Assembly (NCBI RefSeq): GCF_000711695.1 | Contig: NW_013547014.1 | Coordinates: forward strand, 124,001 to 188,000 | From: Tilletiaria anomala UBC 951 | Taxonomy: Eukaryota | Direction: 5' to 3' | DNA length: 64,000 nt | Part shown: positions 37,715-50,711 of the stretch, piece by piece | How positions within the stretch are numbered: position 1 is the first letter of the stretch | Layout of the letters: each line of letters opens with the position of its first letter | Translations under genes and position numbers: made by a program | Notes under the pieces: model-generated | Seen by the model: the letters and a program-made list of their open reading frames with translations, nothing else | Told to the model about the DNA's origin: nothing | The model's database searches: none

Positions 37715-40700
37715 ATGGCATCTACAGCTGCGTCCGCCTGGAGAACCCTCGCCGCCTTCGACGATCTCAGCGAAAGCTGGTCAACGCATCAGCAGCAAAA
37801 GGATGGAAAAGATGGTCTTATGCCCAAATCATATGAGGCCGAACGCTCCGTCAGGAAAAGGGCCGGCTCGTTGCCCTCTCAATCTTCCAGCTCCATTGTG
37901 CTGCAGCCCGAAGCACATCCTGCTTCAGATCCAGAGTCTAGCCAAGTCGCATGCATGACGCCTAGCAATGGCAGCCTCTTCCATTTGACTGAAAGACCTG
38001 AAGGCCAAGTCGACTTTGCCGACTTCAAATCCCGAACCGAAAAGATCGGATACTCGCGCTGGCAAGCAATTGAGACTTCGACACCCCCGCCACCGGTACG
38101 CCCTCATGCGGCTGTCACCCAAGCGAAGACTGTTGCCAATTCCAGCGATCTCAGTTCCTCATCCTCGCAGGTGAAGCAGGGACACCGCATGGAAGCCGAT
38201 TGCCATCATGACCCGTGTGCTGAAGTGGTCGCCTCGACGGTGCAATCTGTCTTGGACGGTCTGAATGAATCGCACCACGACGAGGCTACCGTACTTCATC
38301 ACTCGGACGTTTCATCTCTACCGCCAATGCTTCGTCCGGCATGGCAAGACGGGTCACCGGCGAAAGAACGCCTGAAGGCCATCCATGGAGGCAAGCTGCC
38401 AAAGGGGGTCATCTCTGCGGGCAAAACGAATCTTTTCTCGCCAAGCAAGTTACAGACCATGTTCAGGACACCAACCCCGACTCCGACCAGGCCAAATATG
38501 ACCAACGACATTCAAGAATCATCAGAAAGAATTGAACCTCAAGGCTCCTCGGCCTCCGAATTCATGCAAGATTCTCTCGCCGGCAGGGGAGCTGTGCCGA
38601 CCGCCGCTCGCTTTGGTTTTCCATCTGGCGCTGATCAGAAGCTCCTTGGCCGAATTCCTGTCCTTCCGATGGATTCAGCTGGACCAAAAATAGCACTGGA
38701 GGCAGAAATATATTCAGACCCTGTTGAGCTGCAGATGCGTGAGCAGAAGCGCATCCGCCTTGATACTCGAGGCCGTGGTCCGCAACTTTCGTCCTTCCCC
38801 AGTCCTTTCAAACCGCCCAGCAAGTCACCCGAACGCAACTACAAAGGTGATGCTGCACGCCTTCTGCGAGACGTCAAGCGCAACCTGTTCGGAGTAGAAG
38901 CATCAATGACGAACACCAACGAGAGCACTCCCTCTCCAGGCACCCCTCTGGCCAACGCGAAGGGCTGCGATCGCCTCCAACTCGAGCATCTCTCAGACGA
39001 AGAGTCTCCACGACGACTACTGCGACGCTTCACAGTTGCACGGGCACGCGAAGCTGCGAAATCGAAAAATGAAGCTGGCACCAAAGGAGCTTCTCCGAAA
39101 CGCGCCGAAGAGCCTCAGTGTGACTTTGCAAAGGAGGTGCAATCTTCAGCTGAAAATCAGCGCCTGATGCAGGCGCATCTTCAGCAGTTTCAGTCAAGCC
39201 ACCGACTTCGTCGAAGCTCATCGAACAAGGCGATGTTCACCATCAAAGCGTCCGAGATTCCGGCAGAGAATCTCAGAGCATTGGCAGGCAATCGGATGAG
39301 CTACGATGCTGTGACAATGACGTGGCAAAAGCGGCGCAGCGCAGTTCAAGCGGGAAGCGAAGCCGACGTGAGCGACTCCACGGATGCTTTTGCGAATCTC
39401 GATATCTCACTTCCATCGCCTGCGCACAGACACGTGGGCCCGCTTCCACGAAGTCGTTCCGTCCTCCGCAATGAGATCGAATGGAGCGGCTCGATTACCG
39501 TATCAGGCGGAAGTCGGGCGTCTGGTAGGCGTCCAGTGGAAGCGTCCAGCCCTCGAGCGACGATGCAAAACCTGCTTCCAACAGACGGTAACGTGCTCGC
39601 TTTCGAGAATCCATCTCCTACGCGCAGTGAGGGGCTGCGATCCATCCTAAAAGGCCAGCCCGGAGCGCTTCTCACACCTCGGCGCAGGATTCTGGAAGTT
39701 GGGAACGCTAGCGTGTCCTTCGTAGAACCGGCCCACGAGCAACAGATCGCTGGCGCCCTTGCATCCTTGGCTGAACTTCACTTGATGAGAAGCAAAGGAC
39801 CAAAATCGGCAGTGAGGTCGCACAGGGAGGACACGTCGGCATGGCTCGACGCTACGATATTAACGGAAATGTCGTTCGCCATTGCTCAAGATCGAGTGCT
39901 TCAAGTCCTGACGGACGTGGTGCCTTGGCAGCCGGATTGGGAAAATCTGTCGGTTCTTGACCTCAGCAATCGTCGCGTGGAGACTCTGATGAAGCTGCAG
40001 GACTTTTGCCCCAACCTCCTCGACGTTAATTTGTGAGTCCTCAGCATTGCCAAAGGCAAGCTGAAGGCTGGATCAGTTGACGCCCGGATGTGCGCTCTGC
40101 AGAAACGACAACCTGATCGTGTATCTGAGCGGACTGCCTAGCTCCATCCGCCATCTCCAAGTCGCGCGCAATCGCTTATCCTCACTCGTTTCTTTCGCCC
40201 GTCTGCGAAATTTACAGACGTTGGACATTAGCGAGAACGCCGTGGAATCGATCGACAGTGAGTCCCCAGAACAATGACCACTATTTTCAGGAAATTGACA
40301 AAATCTTTTGCAGACCTATGCTGTCTTGACTCGCTGAAGCATCTTCGAGCCGACTCCACTCAGATCGATTCTATCAACGGTATCGACAGCATTGCAACAT
40401 TGGAAAGCATCAGCTTGCAGCACAATAACCTCAAGACCATCGATTTACAAGGTACAACGTGGACAGAACTGCGACACCTGTCGCTTAGTCACAACCAGCT
40501 CGAAAGTCTCACAGGACTCACGCATCTCGCGCATCTGTACACACTCCAGGTGGAGCACAACAATCTTAGCCAACTCGACTGTCGTGGTGGCCTGCGAAAG
40601 CTTCGCCTGCTGCGCGTCTCGGGCAACCCGCGCCTGAGCATCCTAAACATCAAGGACCTGGCTAAATTGCGGACGTTGTACGCCGACTTTTGCCACTTGG

Positions 40701-41563
40701 ATGAAATTCAGCATTTGCCCCACGCCAAACGCCTCGAGAATCTCAGCCTAAGAGCCCAACAGAATTCAGACTTCCGTTGGCCCCGCCATTTGCCAAGCAG
40801 TATTCAGCGAATGTTCCTTTCAGGCAACCCGCTGCAGAACAGCCTTCCAGGTGAAGATGCGGGTGAGCTTACCAATCTGGTTTATCTAGAGCTCGCTGCA
40901 TGCCAACTTGAGCAGCTCCCAGACCACATGTGGTCCCTCATGCCCAACCTTCGGCACTTGAACTTGGATCACAACCTCTTCGTCGAGCTACCGAACCTTA
41001 GGGCGCTGCACCGGCTCAAACGCCTCTCCGCCGTTTCCTGTCGCTTGGAAAAGACTGCGCCGATCATTCGCGCCCTGCAAGATCTACCTTTGGAATCACT
41101 CGACACGCGGATGAACGCCTGCACACACGGCCTGTACGCACCAATCATAGCTCCAAGTCGCTATGTTGAGCCACGGACGCCCAATTCAGATAATCTTCCC
41201 AAAGGATTTGCGAGTGTGGCACCTCCGTTCCCAAACCCGGCTGTTGTTCAGCCAGCTTTCTCTCAGAAGGAACTTTCCTTGGGAAAGCAGGCCGAAGACC
41301 CCTCAGCGGCCCACAAGTCTTTCTTCCACAAACGGCTCCCCACACCGATCCGTGGCGCGAGCAACAGCGAGCAAGGAGTGTCACAGACTGCGATGACGCT
41401 AGCTGCGGATGCACGCTTTATTCGCGCGCTTCCCGAGGCTGCTCGCCAGCAACGCACCCTGCACCGTGGCGTGCTTGCTATGGCGTGTGCGCAGCTCACT
41501 CATATCGACGGGCTCCCTGTCTCGGATGCAGAAATTGAGGAGGCGAGCCGTCTGCTTGAGTAA
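37715..41563 (+). CDS. NUD1: Spindle-pole-body LRR scaffold of the MEN/SIN (Nud1/Cdc11-like), 3 exons
   Basis: Long disordered N-terminus, then VLQVLTDVVPWQPDWENLSVLDLS followed by many LxxLxLxxNxL repeats and a terminal L..IDG LRR cap. Confidence 0.8.
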
Positions 41564-41788
41564 GTCATGCAGTTGGATCTAAATTTCGTGCACCATATAT
41601 CCATATCATGTTGTATTGCATCGTGCATGTGTCATAATAATTTAATAAGGTATAGGACTGCCGAAGGAAGCAGAAGTATGGAACGGGCGCTCCCACTTTG
41701 ACACTTGCTCCCGTCCCTCGCCTGATTCCTGGGCAGGCGGCCGTGGCGAAGCAACCTGGGCCTCAAACAGTTGTTTGCGCACGCAACG

Positions 41789-43207
41789 TCACAACTCCAC
41801 AGTGTAATAATTCGGAAAGGCAAGCTGCAGCGCAGTAAGAGCACGTGTCAGCAGGGTCACACCACGTATTCAAGACCTGTGACTTACTTCATCCTCAATG
41901 ACCTTGCGCACAAGCTCTCCAATAAACTTCTCGACCTTGCCTACATTCCGCAGCACGTGCTTCGCCTCCTCCCCAACACTGCTCTCGAACGTCATGAAAG
42001 GCAATAATCGAGCGCCAAAATTTTTATCGGTTGTACCCGCTTGGACTTGTGGTCGTCCCGTGCTTGCTGTAATAATCGCTGCGGATCCGGAAGTCTTTGA
42101 TGCTGCGACCGATGGATTGGCCTGCTGTGGAGAGGCGCCTGCGCTTCGGGAGAAAGAGGAGGGATTTTCTGCGCCATTGGGAAGCGTAGTATTACCGTTA
42201 AGCTCGTCGGAGTCAAGAAGGCTGATGTTCACAGTCTCCTGTGATCCGTCGAAGGCAAGCAGCACCGTGCCGTCCAAGACCAAGCCAGTCAGCGTGACTT
42301 GTAAAGGCAACTCCATGAACATGAAACAAGGTTGATTGATAAGCACGGCAGTTTTAAACCCAATACGGATAGATGTTGTTTGCCAACGCATGTGCATTTT
42401 GATCTGCAATGATGGGACCTCGGTGGACCTCTGCATCGTATAGGATGCTGCCAAATCCTCCTCATCAGGACGCCCTCCGAAAGGGTTGGGTGAGGCTGGC
42501 TGTCTGGAAGAGAAAGATGCGTTGCGAGTGGGGGGTGCAGTCGATGGTCGACCATGGAGATGTAGAGGAAGTGTACCGTGAGGAAAAGCAGAAGAGTGGG
42601 GTTGGCGACTGAAAGACGGAACTCGAGATGCGACCGACGGTCGTTTTGAGTTCGAGGCGGAGGGCTGGTGGTTCTGCCAAGAAGAAAAGAAGCTGGCACT
42701 CCCTAGCCCTGCTGAAGCGATGGATGGAGTCATGCTGCGATTGGCCCACGATGATGACCCATTCCAACCTGGTGTGCTACCAGCAGACGCTTGGGAATTT
42801 GCATCGACTTCTTGTGCTGTGGACGGAGTGTAGTGTCGAAATGTGTGAAGCTCTAGAGGGGAGATGCCAGCCCGGAGTTTACTGTCCTTCTTTGACATGG
42901 CATCCTTCAACCTTCTTTGAGGATCGGCAGATGCACGGCCAAGGCCAGGTGCTCGCATGTCCTTGGCCGCTGCAGCACCAGAATGACTGGTCAGCTCCTC
43001 GTCGTCATTCGATAAAAAATCCGACCAAATGTCCTGAATGCCGATGATTTCCAATTCTGGCGCCTGTTCCCCAGCATCAAATTCCTCGACAGAAATAGGA
43101 CCAAGGAAGTCTGGTCGATTGGCATTCTGCAGGACGGCGTTCAGCTTGTCCAAGAACTGGTCGCACAAGGCACGGTCGAAGAGCTCCCAGTCGAGGTCGA
43201 GCGACAT
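41789..43207 (-). CDS. MDM12: ERMES subunit Mdm12 (SMP domain)
   Basis: MSLDLDW, RPDFLGPISVEEFDAGEQAPELEI, INQPCFMFMELP, ESSVGEEAKHVLRNVGKVEKFI, spliced end DELAFPNYYTVEL*. Confidence 0.95.
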
Positions 43208-43747
43208 GTTGCGTTCTCGGGTTTTCTGTTGTGAATACAGATTGGATGTACTGCTGCTAATTTGGAAGCGGGTGTCAACAGTTCGACTCCCTAGTGTACG
43301 CTCCGGGGTGCTGAGTATATAACTCAAGTCTGGATGCTGAATGGTGTGTGCAACTTTCTAGCAAAGCTGGCCACACTTCATCTCGATCACTGATTCGTCG
43401 ACGCCAGGGCACCGTGGCAGTATGAATGGCACAAAAACGCGTTGAAGAGGGTCCAGCACAGAGCAGACCAATACAACTCCAATGAGCCTAGATCCATTAT
43501 ATCGACAATCAAGCACCAATTTGAGAGCGGCCACATACATATAAATAAGAGCATCGACGCTGGGAGAAATAGACGGTGCGGTAGCAGCTTGTTAGCCATG
43601 TGCATACAAGGAGGATAGACTCCTTTGCCTGTGTCTCATCCATTCGACGCAAGAAGTGCGGTAAACGCTAGCGCTAGCAGCGCACCAACATCCACTGCCC
43701 TTACATTGACATCATATAACGAGTCCTCCCTCAACATAGCCAGCAAA

Positions 43748-46700
43748 ATGGCTCCTCGAGGCAGATATGAATCCGTGAAGGCGCGACCCCCTTCAAAGGA
43801 AAGCTCGTCTACAGACCAGGATTATTTCTCCTTCGGCGCAGTCGATGCCGCGCAAGCTGGACTATCCGGCACTTCAAGCATGCCACTTCAGCCGCCTCCT
43901 CCCTGGGGTCAGGTGCAAGAGGACTCAGCAATCAGCGCCTCAGCGAGGCTACTCGAAATGCAACAGTCAGCGGCACAGGCTGAAAAGTTGAGCGGTCGGC
44001 CCTTGCCTGGTGCGGAAGGGCGTGAACAGGATGCCATTTACATGGCCCATTCCGATGAGGAGGAGGATGAAGACTCCGATGAATACGAATATGATGACGT
44101 GGAGTGGGTCAACGTATGAAAAGAATGAGTTCGCTTCAAACTACTGATGGGCGGACCTGCTGAAATTCCTCAGTGGCGAAATCTTCATGGCTCAGTCGGA
44201 CGATTCAGACGACGAGTACCTGCCACCGGAAAGACCGAAGAGTACTCAACGCAAACATGGTGCTTATACGCAATCTGCGGACGCACCACCGGTGGTAGGC
44301 TTGGAAGAACTCGATGAGCTTGACCTGGCTTTTCAAGGAGGGAATGCGGCGACTACGCGCCACTACAACGTCACTGTCGAAGAGGGAAGTCTGAAGGCTT
44401 CACGGTTGGACACAGATCAATGGCTCAGCGAGGCTCTTTCCAAGCAACCGTATCAACCGGAAGAGGTCGAAGTGGACGTGGACGCGTTCAAAGCTTTTGT
44501 TGGAAATGTGCAGCAGCAAGGCACTGCCTCAATAAACTTGGACGAAGACGACGATGATGACCAGCGTCGGCTGTTCGAGCGCGAGCTCGCGGCATCACGC
44601 GGATTCGGCAAGCGCAAAACGAGGAATTTGGCTCGCGTCAAGCAGTATTCAGACGAAGTTAACCATCTGCTCCGTCAAGGTCATGCAGCTTATGCTGAGG
44701 GTGACCCAGAAGCCGCTATCCACAGCTTCAATGAAGTCATCCGCATTGAGCCGACCATTTTTGAAGCATGGCAAGTGCTTGGCTTGGTTTATGACATGAT
44801 TGGCGAGCAAGAGAAAGGTCTTCAAGCAAAGATTTTGGCCGGTCACTTGGTTGCTACCAGAGCACCACACTGGATCGACCTCGGGCGTGACTCGTATCAG
44901 CTGGGCTTGCTCGTCCAGGCCGAGCACTGCTTCCACGAAGCGATGAAGGCCGACAAGGACAACCTCGTCGCGATGTTCGACCGTGCAACGATCCTGAACA
45001 TGCTAAATCAGCAAGTCAGAGCCTCTCGCCTTCTTGCTCATTATCTTGAGCGCCGACCGTACGAGGCAGAGGCCGTCCGCAACTATATCCCTTGCTTGAC
45101 AGCGATCGGCGAGCGCGCTAAGGCGCTCGACTACCTCGAACACATGAAAGACTGGAACCTCACGACTTTCCCGGATCCTCTGCGGCCCATTCCAGCCCAG
45201 ATCGTCCCTGCTAACTATCCCCGAGAACCCACTTTTGGTGCCGAAGAGGCAGCGACGATGGCAGACTTCTACCTGCAGTTTGGCAATGCTTCGAAGACTG
45301 TCGAGGTGATCAAACAGAGCATGAGGTGGCTGCAAGGACGTTCGCAGGAGATTTTCTGGGACTCTGTGCACGACGACGATCGCGAATTCGACGAGCGAAG
45401 ACCACAGGAGGGCACCGAGCACAGGATGGGGACATACTCGCGCAGGATTCAGACTTCACCTCCGCATGGTATGGATCCTGTACTGCGCGTTTATCTGGGA
45501 AAGGCAAGATTGCGAATGGGTAACAACAAAGAGGCAAATGTAAGTAGCACGCCGCGGCTCAAATGAAGGAGGGAGCCCGGAGGCTTTGCTCAAGGCTGCA
45601 CTTCTGTTTGTAGATGCACTTTGACCTTGCGCTCGAAGCAGAAGCAACGCCAGATATCCTCGCGGCATGGAGGTATGCTGCAGATGCGTGTAAGGACCTT
45701 GGCGAATGGGAGAAGGCACTGGTGATGTACAGTGCGCTGGCCGATAGTCCGGAATCAAATACAAGTGAGATCTGGGCTCTCGTCGGGAAGTGCCAAGTCG
45801 AGCTTGGACAATACGAAATCGCGCGGCAGACGTTGGAGGAAAGTGAGTAGAATCAGAAACAAAGTCCGTTATCGAGATCACAACCACAATCCGATTACTT
45901 TGCCCCTGCTAGCTGTGGAGATCGATGCGAACGCCGTTGATGCCAAGCTCGACCTTGCTCGAGTTCTGCAATATTTCAAAGACACCAAAAGAGCCATGAA
46001 GCTCGTCGTTGAAGGTGAGAGAGGGTCGCCGCCTTACGTCACAGAACACGTTTTCCTGATTCCTACATGCCTACCTCCAGTAATCGAGGAACGTCGAAAG
46101 CAGCAAGCTGCCAGCGGCGAGCCGCCGACGGAGGAGTTTGAGATGTTGAATTCATTTTTCGACGAGACGAGACAATACCACGACCAACAAAGATCCGCCT
46201 CCACCAAATTCAAAATCTCTCGACAAGACAGGGAGAAGATGATGGCTGCTAAAGAAGCAGAAGTACTTCTCTATTTCCGCGCAACCAAGCTGATGGAGTA
46301 TGATGTCTTCGTTGAAGGCTGGTGGCGCCCAGAGGTGAAGATGGACGCAGAGCATGATGTCATCGTCGCAGAATACCTTAACAAGGCCGGAAAATTGATC
46401 GACACGTTCAAAGACACAAAACGACTTTTCCCGGGGGACAGGGTAAGTGCATCCGAGCATCCAAGTACAAGGCACATAATGGCAGCGTAGAGCTGATATT
46501 TATCGCTCCACAGTCTAAACGATTCAAGGGCCTTACCACTGAGCCCAGGCGCAATAGGCGCAAGCAGTCTGGGTACATCAATGATCGCACAGGGGAACTG
46601 CTCAGTAGTCTGCGATCGGAATTGAGTAAGATTTTCTGGCCTAGCAATGATCATCACACCCATCACTGACGTTGTATCTGAGCAGGTGCTGGCATTGCGG

Positions 46701-48294
46701 ACGATGGGACGTTGGACGATGCAACAAGCCAAGAGGGGGCCACACATGCGATGGGAGTACATCTCGATGAATGGATCGACCTCTTCATGAAGGTGAGAAA
46801 AGCTCTGACAGGAACGCGTAATCACACACTCACGACTTGTTCCGTTTCAGTACGCATTCGTTCTAACCAAGACAGGAGATGGGGACTCAGCTCGTGAGAC
46901 GCTTGACCTCCTTTCACAGTCAAATGCCATTTGGACGTATGAGGATCGCCGCTTGGCACTAGAGCTGTGCAAGACTGGCGAGTTTGCCGTGCTATCTGCG
47001 TCTCTCGACGTGCATACTCACTTTTTGTGTTTTTGAATGTAGCGACAGCACTTTATGATCGCGATCCTGCTCAGACTTTTGTTGGCTTGCGGTTCTTGAC
47101 CGGCGCATACGCATTCCACGAAGAGCCGCATCGCCTGTGGAACAGCGTGAGCAATCACCTCGGCTTTTACGGCATGGGCGAAGCTATGAACAATGAGCAC
47201 CGGAGGCAAATCAAGCGTCGCAACAAGCTGATCGAGCAGATCAGTCTGGGCAAAGCTCACGCGTTCAATGTGACGCACAAGGCTTGGGTCGACCCTTCAC
47301 ATCGAAAGTCTGTCCGCGAAGGCGAAGACGCGACGGAAGATGACAGTAGCGAGGGTGAAAACGAAGAAGCGCTGATCGAGATGCGCAAAAGGGCGCGAGC
47401 TGCAAAAGGACGACAAGGACCACTGCCGAAGAAGTCACATTTGCTGAAAGCCGGAGGATATCCGTCACAGCCGAGCGCGGTCGGCATGGCCCTCGAAGCA
47501 TGCGGTTTGCTGAGCACAGACTCGTATCAAGGTGCACTGGGTGGGTCAGAGGCAGCTGGACCTTCATGACTGGCCTCACCCCTCAGCTGGATCATCAATC
47601 TGACCTCTCATTCTCTCGCCTGAATACCATAGGTGCAGCTCTACGGACGCTAGACAAGGTACCGACGGATGCGTTGCTGATGATGATTGCAGGCATTTCT
47701 AGTATCGGTCGTGCATCGAACAGGCAGGTCGACAATCGTCATTACATGATCATCCAGGTGCGCTGCTGACCGATCGGCATGTCCTCCATCGGGAGTTCTG
47801 ACGTTGGCGTCTTTGCCGTGGATTTCTGTCTGCAGGGCCTTGCCATGCTGTCAGAGAGCATGAAGTTGTCAAATCTCGAAGGAACTGCTATTTCCCACTA
47901 CAACATAGCTCGCGCACTACACCACGTCAGTGAGTACTCTCGTCTGGCCCTGTGGCCAACGCCCTCGCCATGTTGCGGCGCGTCGATGCATTCCCTTGAG
48001 AAACTGACCTGATTGACCCTTTCGACGCTCCACAGGTCTGGCCCACCTTGCAATTCCGCACTACGAGCGGTGCCTGGAGCTTCATGATCAGCATCAAGGT
48101 TCCAACGAACAGGTGAGCTTTGTGTGCATGCGTTCCGGGACATGATCAATGCTTTGTGACTCACCCCTTCCTTTCATTAAACATAGCCCTTTGATGTGAC
48201 GCGGGAGGCCGCATTTAATCTGGCCAATCTGTATACAACAACAGGAGGTTCAAGAAGGGCTATGCATCTGTATCGAAGGTATCTCACGGTGTAG
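43748..48294 (+). CDS. TFC4: RNA polymerase III transcription factor TFIIIC TPR subunit (Tfc4/Sfc4/GTF3C3), many exons
   Basis: Acidic N-terminus, TPR arrays (EVIRIEPTIFEAWQVLG...KILAGHL), RQVDNRHYMIIQGLAML, YNIARALHH and C-terminal REAAFNLANLY...YRRYLTV*. Confidence 0.88.
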
Positions 48295-50711
48295 CCCGGC
48301 CAGAATCTCCTCGCGAGGACAATTTAAGAAAGCAACCGTCCGAACATCACCATTTCAGGATTCGCCCTGCTGGCTGCATTCGGCATACCCATGTATTCTT
48401 GTGTGGCTTTGCACACTATGTATTCGGCATTCCCTAGACCCTGTTGCACTCTTTTGCAAATCGCCATGCTCACGAACTATTGATCGATCCATTAGCGACC
48501 AGTGCTATTCTGCTTGGGCCTGGGTGCTCTCGAGCCTCAATGATGCAAAGAGCAGTTGCAAACTGGGTCAGTTACACTTGTGTGCACAGCATGGAGGCAA
48601 GAGAGTCACATATCTTACTTTAGGGTTGTAGAGTTGAAGGCTTTTTATTAACTTGACTCTCTTCAATCGGCCATCTGACTACAATAACGGACGTGAAACA
48701 TATCGGTTCACTATCATGAGATCGGACAGTACATACATATGACAGTTCATATGGTCCAACAAGTTTGTCGCTCGGGCCCGCGAGAAACATTCGGCACATA
48801 CGCCAATGGCGCCAGGCACGACCATCCAAGCAAGGAGATTACCTAGGAGATGGAGGCGTGGAGCAATGAATGCTTGCTGTTCACTGCTGAGCGCTGTAAG
48901 GCGCTGAGGCCTGAACAGGCGCTAGCAGGCCCCAGCTGGACGACCCACAGATTCAGCTGGCTCGAAGTACATTTTATATGAGGATGCTACTGAGGTATTC
49001 TGTCATGGAGTAATGCCGGCAGCATGTATGTACGCCCCGCTACCCACGCCATCCATTGGCCGAGTCCAAGAGCTGAAGGGTATCTAACATTCACATCTGT
49101 CCTGCTAACTGCCTCCTGGCGTTTCGTTCCTGTGTCCCAGTCGCAGGAAATTGCGCTCACAGCCACGCAGTGCCTCCTTCCTTCAGGTTTCTCAGCAATT
49201 CATCTAAGGGATCCGATATTGGCTCGAAGCAAGATTAATATTCGAAAGAGCGCATGAGATTCGGCTGCCTTCCCCATACTCAGTACCTGTGAGATGCTCT
49301 CCTCCGCGCCTTGCAACAACGTCGGTTCCTTTCTTTCCCCAGCCCAATGGAAATCAAAACTGCGCAATCGGTCGAATTCGCCCAAACATGCTTCATATCA
49401 CATCTAATCAAGTGTGGGAAGCAACACATGTGTGCTCTGCAAACCGGCGCCAAGGGCGCGCGCAGAGATGCAGGCAGAGACAGCGACGGATGCAGATGCA
49501 GAAGCAAAGACGAGAGTCTGAAGCGCAATTATTATTCCTTGTTTCACGCGCTGAATACTCAACTTTAATGGCCGATTTGGGGGCTTGATCGAAAATGAAT
49601 CGGGGCGCTGTCTGCGCCAGTCCGGCCTAAACCGTCTTCATTCGAGCAAGACGACACGGCCCTGGCTGCCCCCCCCTGCCATTGCTTGCGAAGGCATCTT
49701 GCTCGCAGTAGTCGGCTCACTTTTTCCGCTGCTTTCCCACATGCTCGCTCACCCTTCCGACAGCTTGGGATTCCATTGACTGGACAGTTGGCGGACGTTT
49801 GACGTAGAGCAGGCCGTGCTCAGACGGGCAGCTTTGCCCCTGTCGCAGGCGGCTGACAAGGCGCATGAAGAGACACGCGGACAAACGAAGGTCGATTTGC
49901 TCATCTGGTATGTTTGTCCAAGAAAGGCACGCGGCTCCCTCAATCGAGTTTGCCGAGGAAGACGCCATTGGGCGAACCCAAGCCATGACCTGAAGATTGA
50001 GGCACAGGCTTCCCTCAGCTCCTTTGCCTTCACCGCCACAGGTGCGCGGCCGCTTGTCACCCCTTCCTCTTTTTACTGCTGGATGTATCTAACTGATCAC
50101 TCCACTCCGTCATCCGCTCGCAGCACCGCACTTTTGCCTCCCCGTCAGCCACCACATCCGCTCCTTCCCTCTTTGGCTTTGCCTCTTCGCCTGCTTCATT
50201 GTGACTCATTGGTCTTTTAGATCAATAGGGATCTGTCTCACACCTACCTGTCAACCTGCTGGCGACTAGAGGAGAAGCGCTTACGAATACGCGATGACGG
50301 CCTTTACGGCGCCTTGACGTCGCTCCATGACAGCGCAGACGAATCGCCACGGGATTCAATCGAACGGCGCAGTGGCTGATTGCTGAGACGTCCTTCTTGG
50401 AGCTTCAAGGGAGGGAAACCCCTGGCTGCTTCAACAGTCAGCCATAAGTAGTAACCGCTCGTCTTTCGTTGCCACGATCGCCAGACCTTCACCTCACCTG
50501 GTCAACACAGCGTCCAATTGTGCCCAGCATTGCATATAATCTTCCGCCTCAATTCCTTCGCGACTTCAACTTCAATACTGGCTGCAACGCTGCGCGAATT
50601 GACCTGCTCCTGACGCACACGAATGTTGTATACGTGGCAGAAGGCACCGTGAAAGTGTGCTCGCAAAAAGATACAGCTGTTGCCTACCACCTTGCCTACG
50701 AGCCACAGCTG

